Source: Marsupella aquatica (taxonomy: Eukaryota > Plantae > Marchantiophyta). Taken from it: 64,000 nt of DNA. Shown here piece by piece: positions 1-10,500 of this stretch. Each line of letters begins with the position of its first letter. Within the stretch, counting starts at the first letter, position 1. Under the pieces are notes generated by a model that saw nothing but the letters and a program-made list of their open reading frames with translations, ran no database searches and was not told the origin of the DNA. The DNA lies in the NCBI GenBank assembly GCA_973895155.1, contig OZ316893.1, positions 24,417,520 to 24,481,519 of the forward strand, in the 5' to 3' direction. Both the position numbers and the translations under genes were made by a program.

Positions 1-3000
1 CAATGTAAAGCCAGCCATAAACTGACTTGTGCTGAATGGGGCCAGCAGCAGCTGAGGTTGTAACAACTGTTTACTTGGTGTCAGTGTAAACGTCAGTTTA
101 CTGACAGGACATATGGAGCCTTTACAAGGCCTTGGGAGTAACGCACACGTAAAGTGACTTGCAATGAAGGAAACTGAAGGCGCGACGAACTTATTACAAG
201 GTATCAGTGTAAAGCCAGCGGTTAACTGACTTTTGCCGAAGGGGGCAAGTGGTAACTGAGGTTGCAACGAACTGATTACACAGTGTAAAAGCAGCTGAGG
301 AGGCGCGGGACAGGAGCTGATCTCGCCTGGACAGGGGCACAAGGGAGGGGGCGAGCATCTGCACAAGGATCGCGCCAATATTCTCAGGGATTTCCAATCT
401 TGGCCATCCATTGGCTCCTCTCTTTAGCTGACTGAGTGTGTACCGCCCGATTGACAGACGCCACTGCGCTCCGCTATGAGGGACGAGGGACGACTACCGT
501 TGAACTGAGCTAAAAACAGGATAACGCGTACATTGAGCCCAGGTCTCCGTGGAACAAGCAATGCAATCGGATCGAATCCAGGATAATAAATTATACTTTT
601 GTGTGATGATGGATTCGCGACGATTGCACGGTAGAACTGATTATGTAGTGTGTTGTTTTAAGGATTTCACTTTTTTTGAACGTAAAATGTGTGAAGGAGA
701 AGATGCTCAAAAGATTCACTATTCAATTATTTTCATGACGTCAGATTTCCCTAGATTTAAGGCTGACCATTAGATTCTTGCTATTGGGGCCCTGGGATTA
801 GGTGGAACACTGGGTAATGAGAACAACAACAAAAAAACTACCCAAACGTGACGAAATTTTTTGGGGCAGGGGAATTTTGGCCACTAAAAAAACACTGGGA
901 ACTATCCTTTTCTGGTAGTATTCATGGCTCCTGCCTTTCTGATCTCAAAATCAACTCCCCTTTGAGATTTATTTAGGGTAGTCGTCCATGTAAGCAGCCT
1001 CCTGCGTTGAGGCTCTCACTAATTTGCTGCGCTAGGTGTCACTGTGCCCAGTTTTCGTGGTGCTGCTTCATTTTGTTTTATCTAGATTTCAGAGGTCAAG
1101 AAGTCAAGGGCCAACAAGTACGGGCCAAAAAGTTCTCCTTGCCCTTGGGTTCTCCTCGTGAAATTAATGGTGTGAGGCCTGCCTGAAAAGCCCGAAAAGG
1201 GGGTAGAGACATTAAAGTTTCAATCAATTATCTGATGTCATTCATTCAGTTGCGAGCTACAGGTAGTGTACATAAGTAAGGGCTGCTCACATGTAAGATG
1301 GCCTTTCAACAGCATGATGTCCTCCTTAGAAGGGTCTTTCAAAAAACGGCATTCAAGTTGAGTGTGAGGATGTGAATGCATCACCCCCTCATGCATCAGG
1401 CCTGAGGGTGCAGAGTGTGGGGTCCAAGGGCTAGAAAGTTTCCTGCCCCTGCAAGTCCCAACCTCAACCTCCCCAATAAAACAAAAGCTATGGACACATG
1501 TAGTGAAAAGAAATTGCAGGGAGAAGATAGTGTTTGGACAAAAAGATACTCTTTCCTGGAACAAGAACAAGAGGGATTGATGAGGGCAAAAAACATAAGT
1601 CCTCTCACATGCCAACTGGGCCTTAGCATTGTGACATATAGTGTTCCAAAAAACAAGTGGTACGTTTTGAGGGGCTTTATTCTTACATTCTCATAACTAC
1701 TGTAAGACTTTAACATACTTAAAAACTTGAATGATTTTTAAGGAATAGACAAGGAAAAGTACATTTTATGAAGGGCCATGCAACAATTGTTGGCATGCAA
1801 TTCGTTTAAAACCTAGAAGAAGTTAAAAAATGGATTATATTCAGCCGTGCAATATATTAGATTCCAAACACTATCTCCATTACCTAGGCAATCTTTTATT
1901 TTGTTTTATATGGTAAATCTTGTTCTCTTTTACAGATTCCTAGGTTTGTCCCATAATCCCCTCCTCAGACGGGAGGTAGTATGAATAGGATAATGTCATG
2001 GTTAGAGGGCATTATGAGATATAATGCCCTGAAAACGAGGGCAGCCCAAGTTTTGAGGGCATTATTCTCATAATCCCAGTAACTAGGACATTAATGTGCG
2101 TAAAAACTTGAGTGATTTTTCAATAACAAACAAGAAAAGGTGAATCTATGAATAAAAAATACAAACCAAAGGGCCTGCAATTGGTCAAAGGCATGAAAAA
2201 AGTTAAAAATAAATCTTGTGATGTTGATACAAGTTATTAATGTATTTTATTTGGTAACACTATATTTGGGTTTTACCTTTCCTATTTTTGTGATACTTCA
2301 CATACTGCCCTTCTCAAAAGAAGGAAGGGAGGCTGTATGTGAAATTAATGCACTCAAAATTACAAAGAGATAAATGCAGAAAGTATTTACAAAAAAATAA
2401 TGTACTCAAAAATGCAAAGAGAAAAATCACAAAAATTAAGCTTCAAGTATAGCAAATTTCTCCAGCAATACCAACTAATTCCTCCAGGTTCGACCTCTCC
2501 TGACATATCAAGGGGTGTCATTTTTCTTCATCTCTTCTTGAGCATTAGCATTGTGTCTGACCTGGATCTCTATATGCTCATAATTATTAGGAGTAATTGG
2601 GAGGATCAAGTGACGCAGAGAGGGAAAACGAGCTTGAGTCCTTCGTCTTTGGAGTTGTTGTCCCTATTTTCAATTTGATTTAAATTTCCCAAGACAGTTG
2701 TGGAGCTTATACCCTAATCCCAGTCTCTTCTTGCTCAAGTTTCTCCTACAGTAATGATCTGAAAAGTAGGCCACAACATGCCCAAGGCTGCCTCACGTAG
2801 CCTTCTGGGCAAGTTTTACTCCTGCTTGCAATGAGAATTCACTTTTGAGGCACATGAAAGTGGCAAGAGTTGGAGTACATGTTGTTAGATCAATTGGGCA
2901 GTCAACTTACCTACAGTACGCCTGACAACATGGAATTGCCCACCAGAGCTGCGTTCCTCTCTTATGGCAGTGTTATACATATAGAGCTTTACAATTAATC

Positions 3001-4467
3001 AAAACAAAGCTGACTGAAAATAAAGTCTGAGGGATCAGTGCTAGAATCTAAGAATCCACTTGTTGATCCTTCACCTTTTAAAATCAAAAGTTGCCAGTGG
3101 CACTTGTGATGGACACTGCCAAAGAACAAAAGAGCCAATCCTGGAGACATGATACTAAGGGCAAGGGACCCAATGAAGGTGGGAAGAAAGGAAATAAAAT
3201 TCCAAGAAGACCCAAATAGATGCAAATAAGCCCATGTACTTTGGTTGTCGGCTCAATGCATTTTCTCTATCTCATTTATACGTTGGATCCTCAAACCAAT
3301 AACCATCTTTTGGCTCACCCTGATATTGGATGAATTCCTCCCAATGCCCAGGTATGCAATGCTCAAAGTTATTGAGAGGAAATGTTGCCAAGAGAAACTG
3401 ATGTCAAAATGGCAGCATTCATGCTGAGAGAAAGGATTTGAAACATAAGTGTTGTCAAAGAGAACGTGTTGTGGATGCAGGACCATTGCAGTTCAATGGT
3501 AGATTGAACAGTATCATCGAGCAAAGAACTTGACAAGCCAAAGCTTTGAGTGCTAGTCTTTGTCAAGCTGCAGTGGTGCTGCTTGACGGGCTGCTTCGAA
3601 GTGTTGCCACTTTAGAAAATGTCGTTAATATTCTGTAGGGCTCTAGTAGGGTGTCTCAAACTTGGCCATCCGAGTTTTCACCCGGACGGCCGTCCCCCCA
3701 AGTTGAGGTCCGAAATGGTGCCCAGAACCACAGTTCCGGGTGAGTTTAAGCCTGGGGTATTAACTTTGAGAGGGGTCAATAAGTGCCCCCCACGGATTAC
3801 GCAGACTTCCAACTCAGCCCCCGCCCATGTGTAGTTCAAAATGCAAACTTGCCACAGAGTGACGCAGTGCTTCCACTCCTCACAATGAGCACGTCAATTC
3901 GCATACATTTTGACAAAGAGCCATGAATGTGCAGCCGTTTTTGCTGAGAGATTTGAAAGTTGTCGTTCCCCCTCAGAATTTCTCAAAAATTCTGGTAGTG
4001 CGAGTGAGGCTCCTCATATGGACTATACGATGGACCACGAAGGTGTTCACTTTGCAGGTGAATGTGTTGAAGTAGAGCACTTTCAGTTTTTGGATTTGCC
4101 CCCTCTGATTGTGAACGATTCTCAGACAGTCGAAGCGATGGTGGTCGTTAGTGCATCAGCTGGAGCACAAGTAAGACCTGCACCACGTCCGGCCATGAAC
4201 GTTCCCACTGAGAACAAGAAGCTATCTAGGGAGGACCTATCAAAGATCGTTGATTGGCTCAAAAATGTTGATAACTATGCGATGCTTCATGGGACGCAAT
4301 CAAGGCTACAGGTTGGCGAAAAGCATCCGGCGAAGAAAACTATGTTTAAGCTTATGCTTATTATGTTGCATTCCAACGGATTTGGAATGTTTGTCCAAAC
4401 TAGAGAGAATTTGGGCAAGAGATTTTGGCAGATACACGAGCAAGTTTAAGGAGGCATTGGCAATGAA

Positions 4468-4744
4468 CTCGGGGGTTTCACTTCCACAAAAATGGCATAT
4501 CACGTGCGACGAAGGATAGGGTCATTTTATTGGTTCTAAGGAAAGACTTAAGAATTTTTGCACAAGAACAATAGGGTTTTTTAAATTCAATTTTAAGACT
4601 TATAAGAACATTAGGGTCTTTTTAATCTAATTTTTGGAATATTCCAACTTTATAGGGGTTAAAAAATTCTTATATTTAGGGGGTCCGAGGCCTAAAAACA
4701 TTGCAGGTGATGGGGAGGTCCCCGTATATAGTGAGACCCCCAAG
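4468..4744. mobile_element. MITE family A, copy 1 (nested in the Harbinger accessory ORF)
   Basis: TIRs CTCGGGGGTTTCACT (4468-4482) and AGTGAGACCCCCAAG (4730-4744), 13/15. Perfect 8-bp TSD GCAATGAA at 4460-4467 and 4745-4752. AT-rich interior is homologous to the copies at 46.9 and 48.3 kb. Confidence 0.92.
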
Positions 4745-5010
4745 GCAATGAAGAATGATTTGGGTGTTGGGCTCACCCTGGCAGAGCTAAGGGTGGGGAT
4801 TACACTTGACGATAAGCTTGACAAGATATGCTTGCACTTTAAAAAGGATGAATGCACTTTATGGGGAGCGTGCTAATGTGGCTCCACCTATATCGAGGCA
4901 ATGCGGAATCCCTGGACAGCCTGAGCTCATATACAATCCAGGATCTGATGAAGAAGAGCCCTATGGTAATAGTGTTGGCCTGCAACAGGATGAATTTGAG
5001 ATGGCTGGCA

Positions 5011-5353
5011 TGTTAGGTATTTACTCAAGGTCTAGGGTTACGACATGTAACCGTAGTTAGGCTAACCATAGTCGGAGACGTGGTTAGATTAACTAGGATG
5101 CACACTATATGCCAAGCGGTGTTTCCTTGGATAAGTGGAACTTAGGCTCATTGTTATGGAGCCACTTGAGAGATGAGGAGAGCTTACACTGTGGAGACTT
5201 GGTATGGCCGACGGGCTTAGAGTTCAGTAAAGCTCTCTTGTGTGTTCCCGTGGATGTAGCCTCGAGGAGGTGAACCACGTATCTCTTGTGTCGACTACTT
5301 GCGCAGTGGATGTGTCATGTGCTTACCGTTACGTGTGTCGTCTATGCTCAACA
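5011..5353. mobile_element. Solo LTR (343 bp) nested in the Harbinger accessory ORF
   Basis: Starts TGTT and ends AACA (TG...CA LTR termini). Flanked by TGGCA (5006-5010) and TGGCG (5354-5358), a 4/5 5-bp TSD. Excision joins EMAG to the frame of the 5400-5810 ORF, with one intervening TAG. Confidence 0.78.
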
Positions 5354-6610
5354 TGGCGACAACGGACCACAGATGCAGCACAAACGGTAGCACAAAGGCG
5401 TGACCAATGCTGGTGCTGAAACCAAGGCCCAACCTTGTGCCACTGAGCAAGGTACTGCTAATACTGGGACACCAGGATATGTTGAGGAGGAGTCACAAGC
5501 TAGGCCAGTCCCAACTCCAACTCCGGTCGGGAATGGGCAAAGGCAGGTCCCTAATAAGAGATCAACTCCACCATCATCACAGGCACAGTCAAGGACAAGT
5601 ATGGCTGACATCTATTTAGATAAGCTTAGTGACAAATTGTTGTACAGACGAGAGATGATCCAGACCAAGGATAAGTGGAGAACCCAAGAATTGGTAGATA
5701 GGCGAGAGGCGAGAAAAGTTGCTACAGCTGAGCTAGACAAAAACAATCGAATGCAAAGGAGACATGAGGAGAAGAGGCACGGTTGGAGCACAAACACCAG
5801 GTGGATTTGATTGATTGCCAGCAGCACACAACGTTACTTACCGAGCTTGTTAGGAGCAACAGATCAAAAGATGAGTTGATAGCGCTATTGAGTATTTCCC
5901 CCCTAGTCCTATCAATGTCAATCCACCTGGAAGGACTTGTCCTCCTACTACTACAATGCCATGGGCTCCCAACATGCCATTCGACTTAGATGAATAGTTT
6001 TTTGACATACACTTAGATGCACATTACCCAATGTCGATGTAGCCTTCCAGGCATCGCTCTGCTGCAAGACTCAAATTTTGAATAAAGGTTCTCTTTTGTG
6101 AAATGGATGTATTTTCAATGAAGTCCTCTTGAACATTTGTTTGCAATTCTCAAGTGGAGCCTATTTGTTCTTCTCTCTGGACCATGATTGACAGTCTGGG
6201 TATATAAGCATGCATCTCCATTGCTCTTTGCAACACTGGGCCCATTTCTGAAGATCTCCACTATAGACTGGATCCAGCATTGAAATCTGAATTCATTCCA
6301 AGACAATAGAAGCGGTACAAAGCACAATTGTATGTCTTGAAGTGCTCACAATGCAAGCACATATTTTCCTTGGAAATGCAAGCACATATTTTAAAGTGGT
6401 GAGATTACAAAAATGCAGAGCCAAGCTTTTAAATGCTCAAGGCCTTTGACAAAGTTGCTACAAAGCTACTACTAAAGTACAGCAGATTATTGGCTTTAAT
6501 CCTATGTTGCCTCCTACCTGCTACGTTTAAGGTCCTACCAGCTAAGTTTGAACAATGAAGCCGATCATTGGCTGTTAAACAACCAGATCCTACCAGCTAT
6601 GTTTGAACAA

Positions 6611-8117
6611 TCAAGCTTCACGGTGTAAAAATTGCCCCGGTTGATGATAGTGTTCCAAAGCAGTATCCATGACTCGACCTAGACTTAGTGCGTTGCCAGC
6701 TCGCACCAGAGCACGTTGCGAAACTACCCAGGATCTCGCTTTGCATCAGCCGGTCCACCAACATTGGGCTCTAGATAGAAGTCCTCCTGGGTTTCACCAT
6801 CTTGCTCTCTCTGCAGCGCAATGTCCTCGGGTGTCCATGCATCTTGCTTGTGAAGCACATAGTTAATATGCAATTTCCCACACAAATTGATCCACCTTAC
6901 CATCCATAGACTGTCCTTCTTTGTATTCAATTGAGTTCGAACTTCTTTTAAAGAATGCCATTTGCTCTTCAAAACTCCAATGTAGTGCTCATTGGTTACC
7001 CTACACTTGGCAACACAAGTATTGAAGTTCTCTTTATCTGGTACCATGTCAGTCCTTTTAAATGTGGAAACCATGTGTGGAAGGGCCTAATAGCCTCAAT
7101 CTCCTAAAATGTACTGGTCAGATTCAAATAGAGCATTCCTCTTGACATCAGTCAGAAAGGAAAAGAGTGGAGACTTTCGCACACAAGTCAGGTCGGAGCA
7201 TGATCCAGGCAATCCTGCAGCAAGGCACAAATAGGAGCAGTCATTTTTTGATACTAGATACTTCTGCCTCATTCAACATATTCAACGATGAAAACAACTG
7301 CTTACTTGAGAACAAGAACATGATTCTTTTGTGGTGGTCACAGACCACCGGTACATTTATGGAATATCGACTCTTGCGATCATAGTAGCACTCTCCATGA
7401 AATGCAGGACGCGGAGCCAAGGGGCACAGGCTTCCATCAATCAGACCAATACAGCCTGGAAATCCCAAACTTGCAGCTCGTTCCCTGCTGGTAGGCCATT
7501 GGATATAGTCGCTTAAAACATCATCCAAAGCCTCAAAGGCACGTTTTGAGTAGTTGACAATTGAACCACAACTCACACCCCATGTGGGGATCATATGATT
7601 TAAGCAAGCACCATTCCCATCATGACCAAGCCTGTCTAGGCAGACAGCTAATTGGGCCTCAATAGGTGCTTGTTGACAATTAGATTCATTCTGGAAGATA
7701 GGGTGTCCTTCAATCAAGCCTAGAAGGCGATAGAAAGACGACTTGTCCATCCTAGGTAGTGAGTTGCCTAAACAAAGGATCTGCCAAGCAATGAAAGAAC
7801 TGTTGTGCAAATTCCTTAGATTTGAGGCTCACATGACGACGAACAAAATAACTAGTATTATACAACACAAAATATAGCTCTAAGAGGTCTGCTGGATTCT
7901 CATCATCCTCTTCTCTGTTTTGATCCTCAGATGAGCTATCCAAAGGCAAGTTTGATCGCTGTCAATCCTCTCAGTAATATGAGAGTCAAGTTCAGAGAAT
8001 CCATGGAGTCTTCAGATCCAGTATCTTGAGACTCTTCGAACTCTGAACAACAATGGCTAGTTCAAGTTGCTGCATGACTCGTTTCAAGCCTCTCTGCCTG
8101 TTTGAAAACCGAGGCAT
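6611..8117 (-). pseudogene. Harbinger-type DDE transposase (DDE_Tnp_4 / HARBI1-like), frameshifted, one intron
   Basis: Starts MPRFSNRQR (ATG at 8117). Motifs: QAPIEAQLAVCLDRLGHDGNGA, FPGCIGLIDGS, YYDRKSRYSIN..VVCD, LPGSCSD, YILGD*GY, FNTCVAKCRVTNEHYIGVLKSKWHSLKE. GT-AG intron at 7305-7215. Several stops and frameshifts. Confidence 0.9.
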
Positions 8118-9379
8118 GTTTGACCCTAACAGCTGTGAAGAAGTGATAAAGTCAGTTTATACCAAAATGAGCCAATTTTGATTCAATAAGTATAATTTTC
8201 ATTCTAAGCTTGCAACATTGCTCATCCTGAAAATGTATACATCCTGAATATGAGGGCCGAGTGCATACACTATAATCCCTAATCCGAGTCCTCTAAATCT
8301 GCATTCTTCAATTGCAACACAAGGTCTGCTAGGGTTTTCTTGGCACTCAGCTGTAGTTTTGTTTACACTTGCTTGCAGCTCCTCACTTGCAGCTGCGCGC
8401 TCACAAAATTGAACATCAACATGCAGCTCTAGCATGTCAGCCTAAAGCGATGTCGTTGTACTCTAAATGACTTGCGTAAGTGGGAGCCCAAAACCATAAC
8501 AAACTTACAGGCAAAAAGCGTCAATCGCTATGAGTTGACAGCCTCTTGATCATGGCGGGGATCATGGGCGCCCTGCTTCATCGCCCTGCATGTAGTTTCA
8601 CAAAGTAACGTGCACAGTGCGAGAAGGAACAGTGAGCCTCAACAGTTTCTCTGTCACACGTAGCTAGTTAGTCTTGGCGTCCCTTAGACGATAGGGTTAG
8701 TCATGGACCACTTTGGGTCGCGTTAACGGCAATGTGACTGTTCAAGTTATTGACGGTCACTGATTTTGGGCACCATCCATTTTCCAGTCACGGCCCTGCC
8801 TGCGGGTTTTTGGCACAGCCAAACGACCCGGGAAATAGATAGTTTGAGATGCCCTAGTTGCTTTGCTGAAGTATGGGTCTCTTAGGTGTTAGCTCTTCCT
8901 GGGATTTCTCCTTTTTTCCTCCTACGTGGGGTCTCCTGCCTTTGGGATCTAGTCTCCGATTGGGTCCATTCTGTTTGACAGTGTGTTATGTATATCTTCC
9001 ATTCCCCTCCACTTTCCCTTAATTCTATTATTCGCTTGTCCCCATTTCCCTCTCCCTAGACTAGTAGAATACCCTTTTAAAAAGATCCTATGATGACAAT
9101 AAATAATGAAATAAATTGAGACATTCTCCGATTCTGCCTCATGTGTCTGTAATGGAACACCCCATTATGATTTAGCTAGACGAGCCCTGGATGCCATTCT
9201 TTGAACATCAACAGAAATGATAACAAAAATCATCATCCATGATTATCATCTTTGACATACTTGAAATTCCATGGTTTTTCATCCACATACATTTGGGTGG
9301 GGCCCTTCAGTCACAATTGTAAGTTCTTTTGCCCTTTGGTGTTCTCAGGCAGTTTGGCTTTTGTGCTTTTGGATCTCTG

Positions 9380-10500
9380 GAGTTCTCAGGCGTTTTTGTT
9401 GTTTCCACCCTTTATTGGGCTTCTTGCCATTGGAATCCTGCCTCCAGTATTGTTATTCGACAAGAGTTTTATATACTGGTTTGCCTTGCAATTTCAAAGC
9501 ATAAGAATACAATAATTATCAGACCTCCCTGCAAAAGCACAATATAACATTGCAGGCTTTTTTTTTTGCTGTTTCCACCCTTCAGTGGGATTCTTGCCAT
9601 TGGGATCCTGTATCCCTTTTTGTCCGTTGAGAGTGTTTTATACCATGGCTTGCCGTGCAATTTTGGAATATAAGGATAAAGGAACTATCGGAGATCCCTA
9701 TCAAAGCACTACAAAACACAGCAAAATAAGCACAACCAGGGCCGTGCTGTTGTGTCGGATCAAGTTGGTTGTCAAGTTGCAACCATGCCATGCCATCCAT
9801 ATATATAAGGATAAAATAGTTTTTAATAATCTGTCCCCCAAAATACCCAATATTATTAACATGCCCCCAAAAAAAATGAATTATTTAATATGTCCCCCAT
9901 TTTGTATTGGGGTCATTGTTTACTCCTATATGGGCTCATGTTACCATGTGACAACTCATTATTGGCTAGTCTTAATCCACCTCCACCCCCCTTGGCCCCC
10001 TTCCTCATTGCAGGGCACACTTGGAAGTTAGGGAGGGGGCAAAAATAAGTCATTTTTGGCTCCACACTCCCCTCACTAAAACCCAATACTTTGGGCACTC
10101 ATCATTACTCAAGAGTGCACATAGGGGAATGGGGGTGAGGGGGATCGTGGCAGGTTAAGGCTAGCCAATACTAACTTGCCACATGGCAAGGGGAACTAAG
10201 ATACAAGTAAATACTGACCCAAGTACAAAAGGGGACACGAGTAGACAAAATTAATTTTGTTTAGAAAGCATGTAACTAATAACGAATAGTTTGGGGGACA
10301 GGTGAATAAAAAGCTCAATGATAAAATACTGGTGGCCATTGTTTTACCTTTTGGGGCCTCCCTTCTTTTCCCACCAAAAAACAGAAGGATAAGTAATTAT
10401 CAGAGACCCCTAGAAAAGCACTACAATACATAGAAAACCCGCATTGCTGCTGTGTCAGGTCAACTTGGTTGGCTAGTTGCTACCATGCACCCAATCCAGA
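9380..10500. repeat. Degenerate tandem repeat (~170-200 bp units) interrupted by a foldback element
   Basis: TGTTTCCACCCTT..GGG.TTCTTGCCATTGG.ATCCTG recurs at ~9400 and ~9572. AATTATCAGA..CCC...AAAAGCAC recurs at ~9514, ~9685 and ~10395. GCTG.TGTGTC.G.TCAA.TTGGTTG recurs at ~9746 and ~10446. Confidence 0.6.
9819..10319. mobile_element. Foldback / Mutator-like MITE with long degenerate TIRs
   Basis: Imperfect inverted arms of ~180 bp (CTGTCCCCCAAA vs TTTGGGGGACAG; ATTGGCTAG vs CTAGCCAAT; CCATGTG vs CACATGG). 9-bp direct repeat GATAAAATA at 9810-9818 and 10320-10328. Confidence 0.65.

Larger units (their letters stand above)
3910..5989 (+). pseudogene. Harbinger accessory (Myb/SANT-like partner) protein, disrupted by frameshifts, a MITE and a solo LTR
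   Basis: Fragments in successive frames: ..LSREDLSKIVDWLKNVDNYAMLHG.., ..KFKEALAM|KNDLGVGLTLAELRVGITLDDKLDKICLHFK|RMNALYGERANVAPP.., then a low-complexity stretch and a coiled-coil-like tail (5400-5989). Removing the MITE and one TSD copy rejoins EALAM-KNDLG in frame. Start position uncertain. Confidence 0.7.
3648..8855. mobile_element. PIF/Harbinger (PHIS superfamily) DNA transposon, Pangu-like, full-length but decayed
   Basis: Left TIR AGGGTGTCTCAAACT (3648-3662) and right TIR AGTTTGAGATGCCCT (8841-8855) match 13/15 as inverted repeats. Identical 3-bp flanks AGT at 3645-3647 and 8856-8858. Encloses two convergent genes: an accessory ORF on + and a DDE transposase on -. Confidence 0.9.

Noticed and set aside
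1-330. Diverged ~200-bp direct repeat (GTAAAGCCAGC..AACTGACTT at ~5 and ~209)
   Set aside because: Real but truncated by the window edge, with no termini or coding signal. Likely a TE-internal repeat.
1238-1716. Overlapping 90-125 aa ORFs, faintly Cys-rich
   Set aside because: No recognisable domain in any frame, and CpG-depleted repeat context.
1718-2345. Two degenerate ~380-bp direct repeat units
   Set aside because: Too decayed to classify; no TIR or TSD found.
2995-3600. Possible non-LTR retrotransposon remnant; shares GGAGACATGAT motif with ~16010 and ~16100
   Set aside because: No RT or endonuclease motif could be identified.
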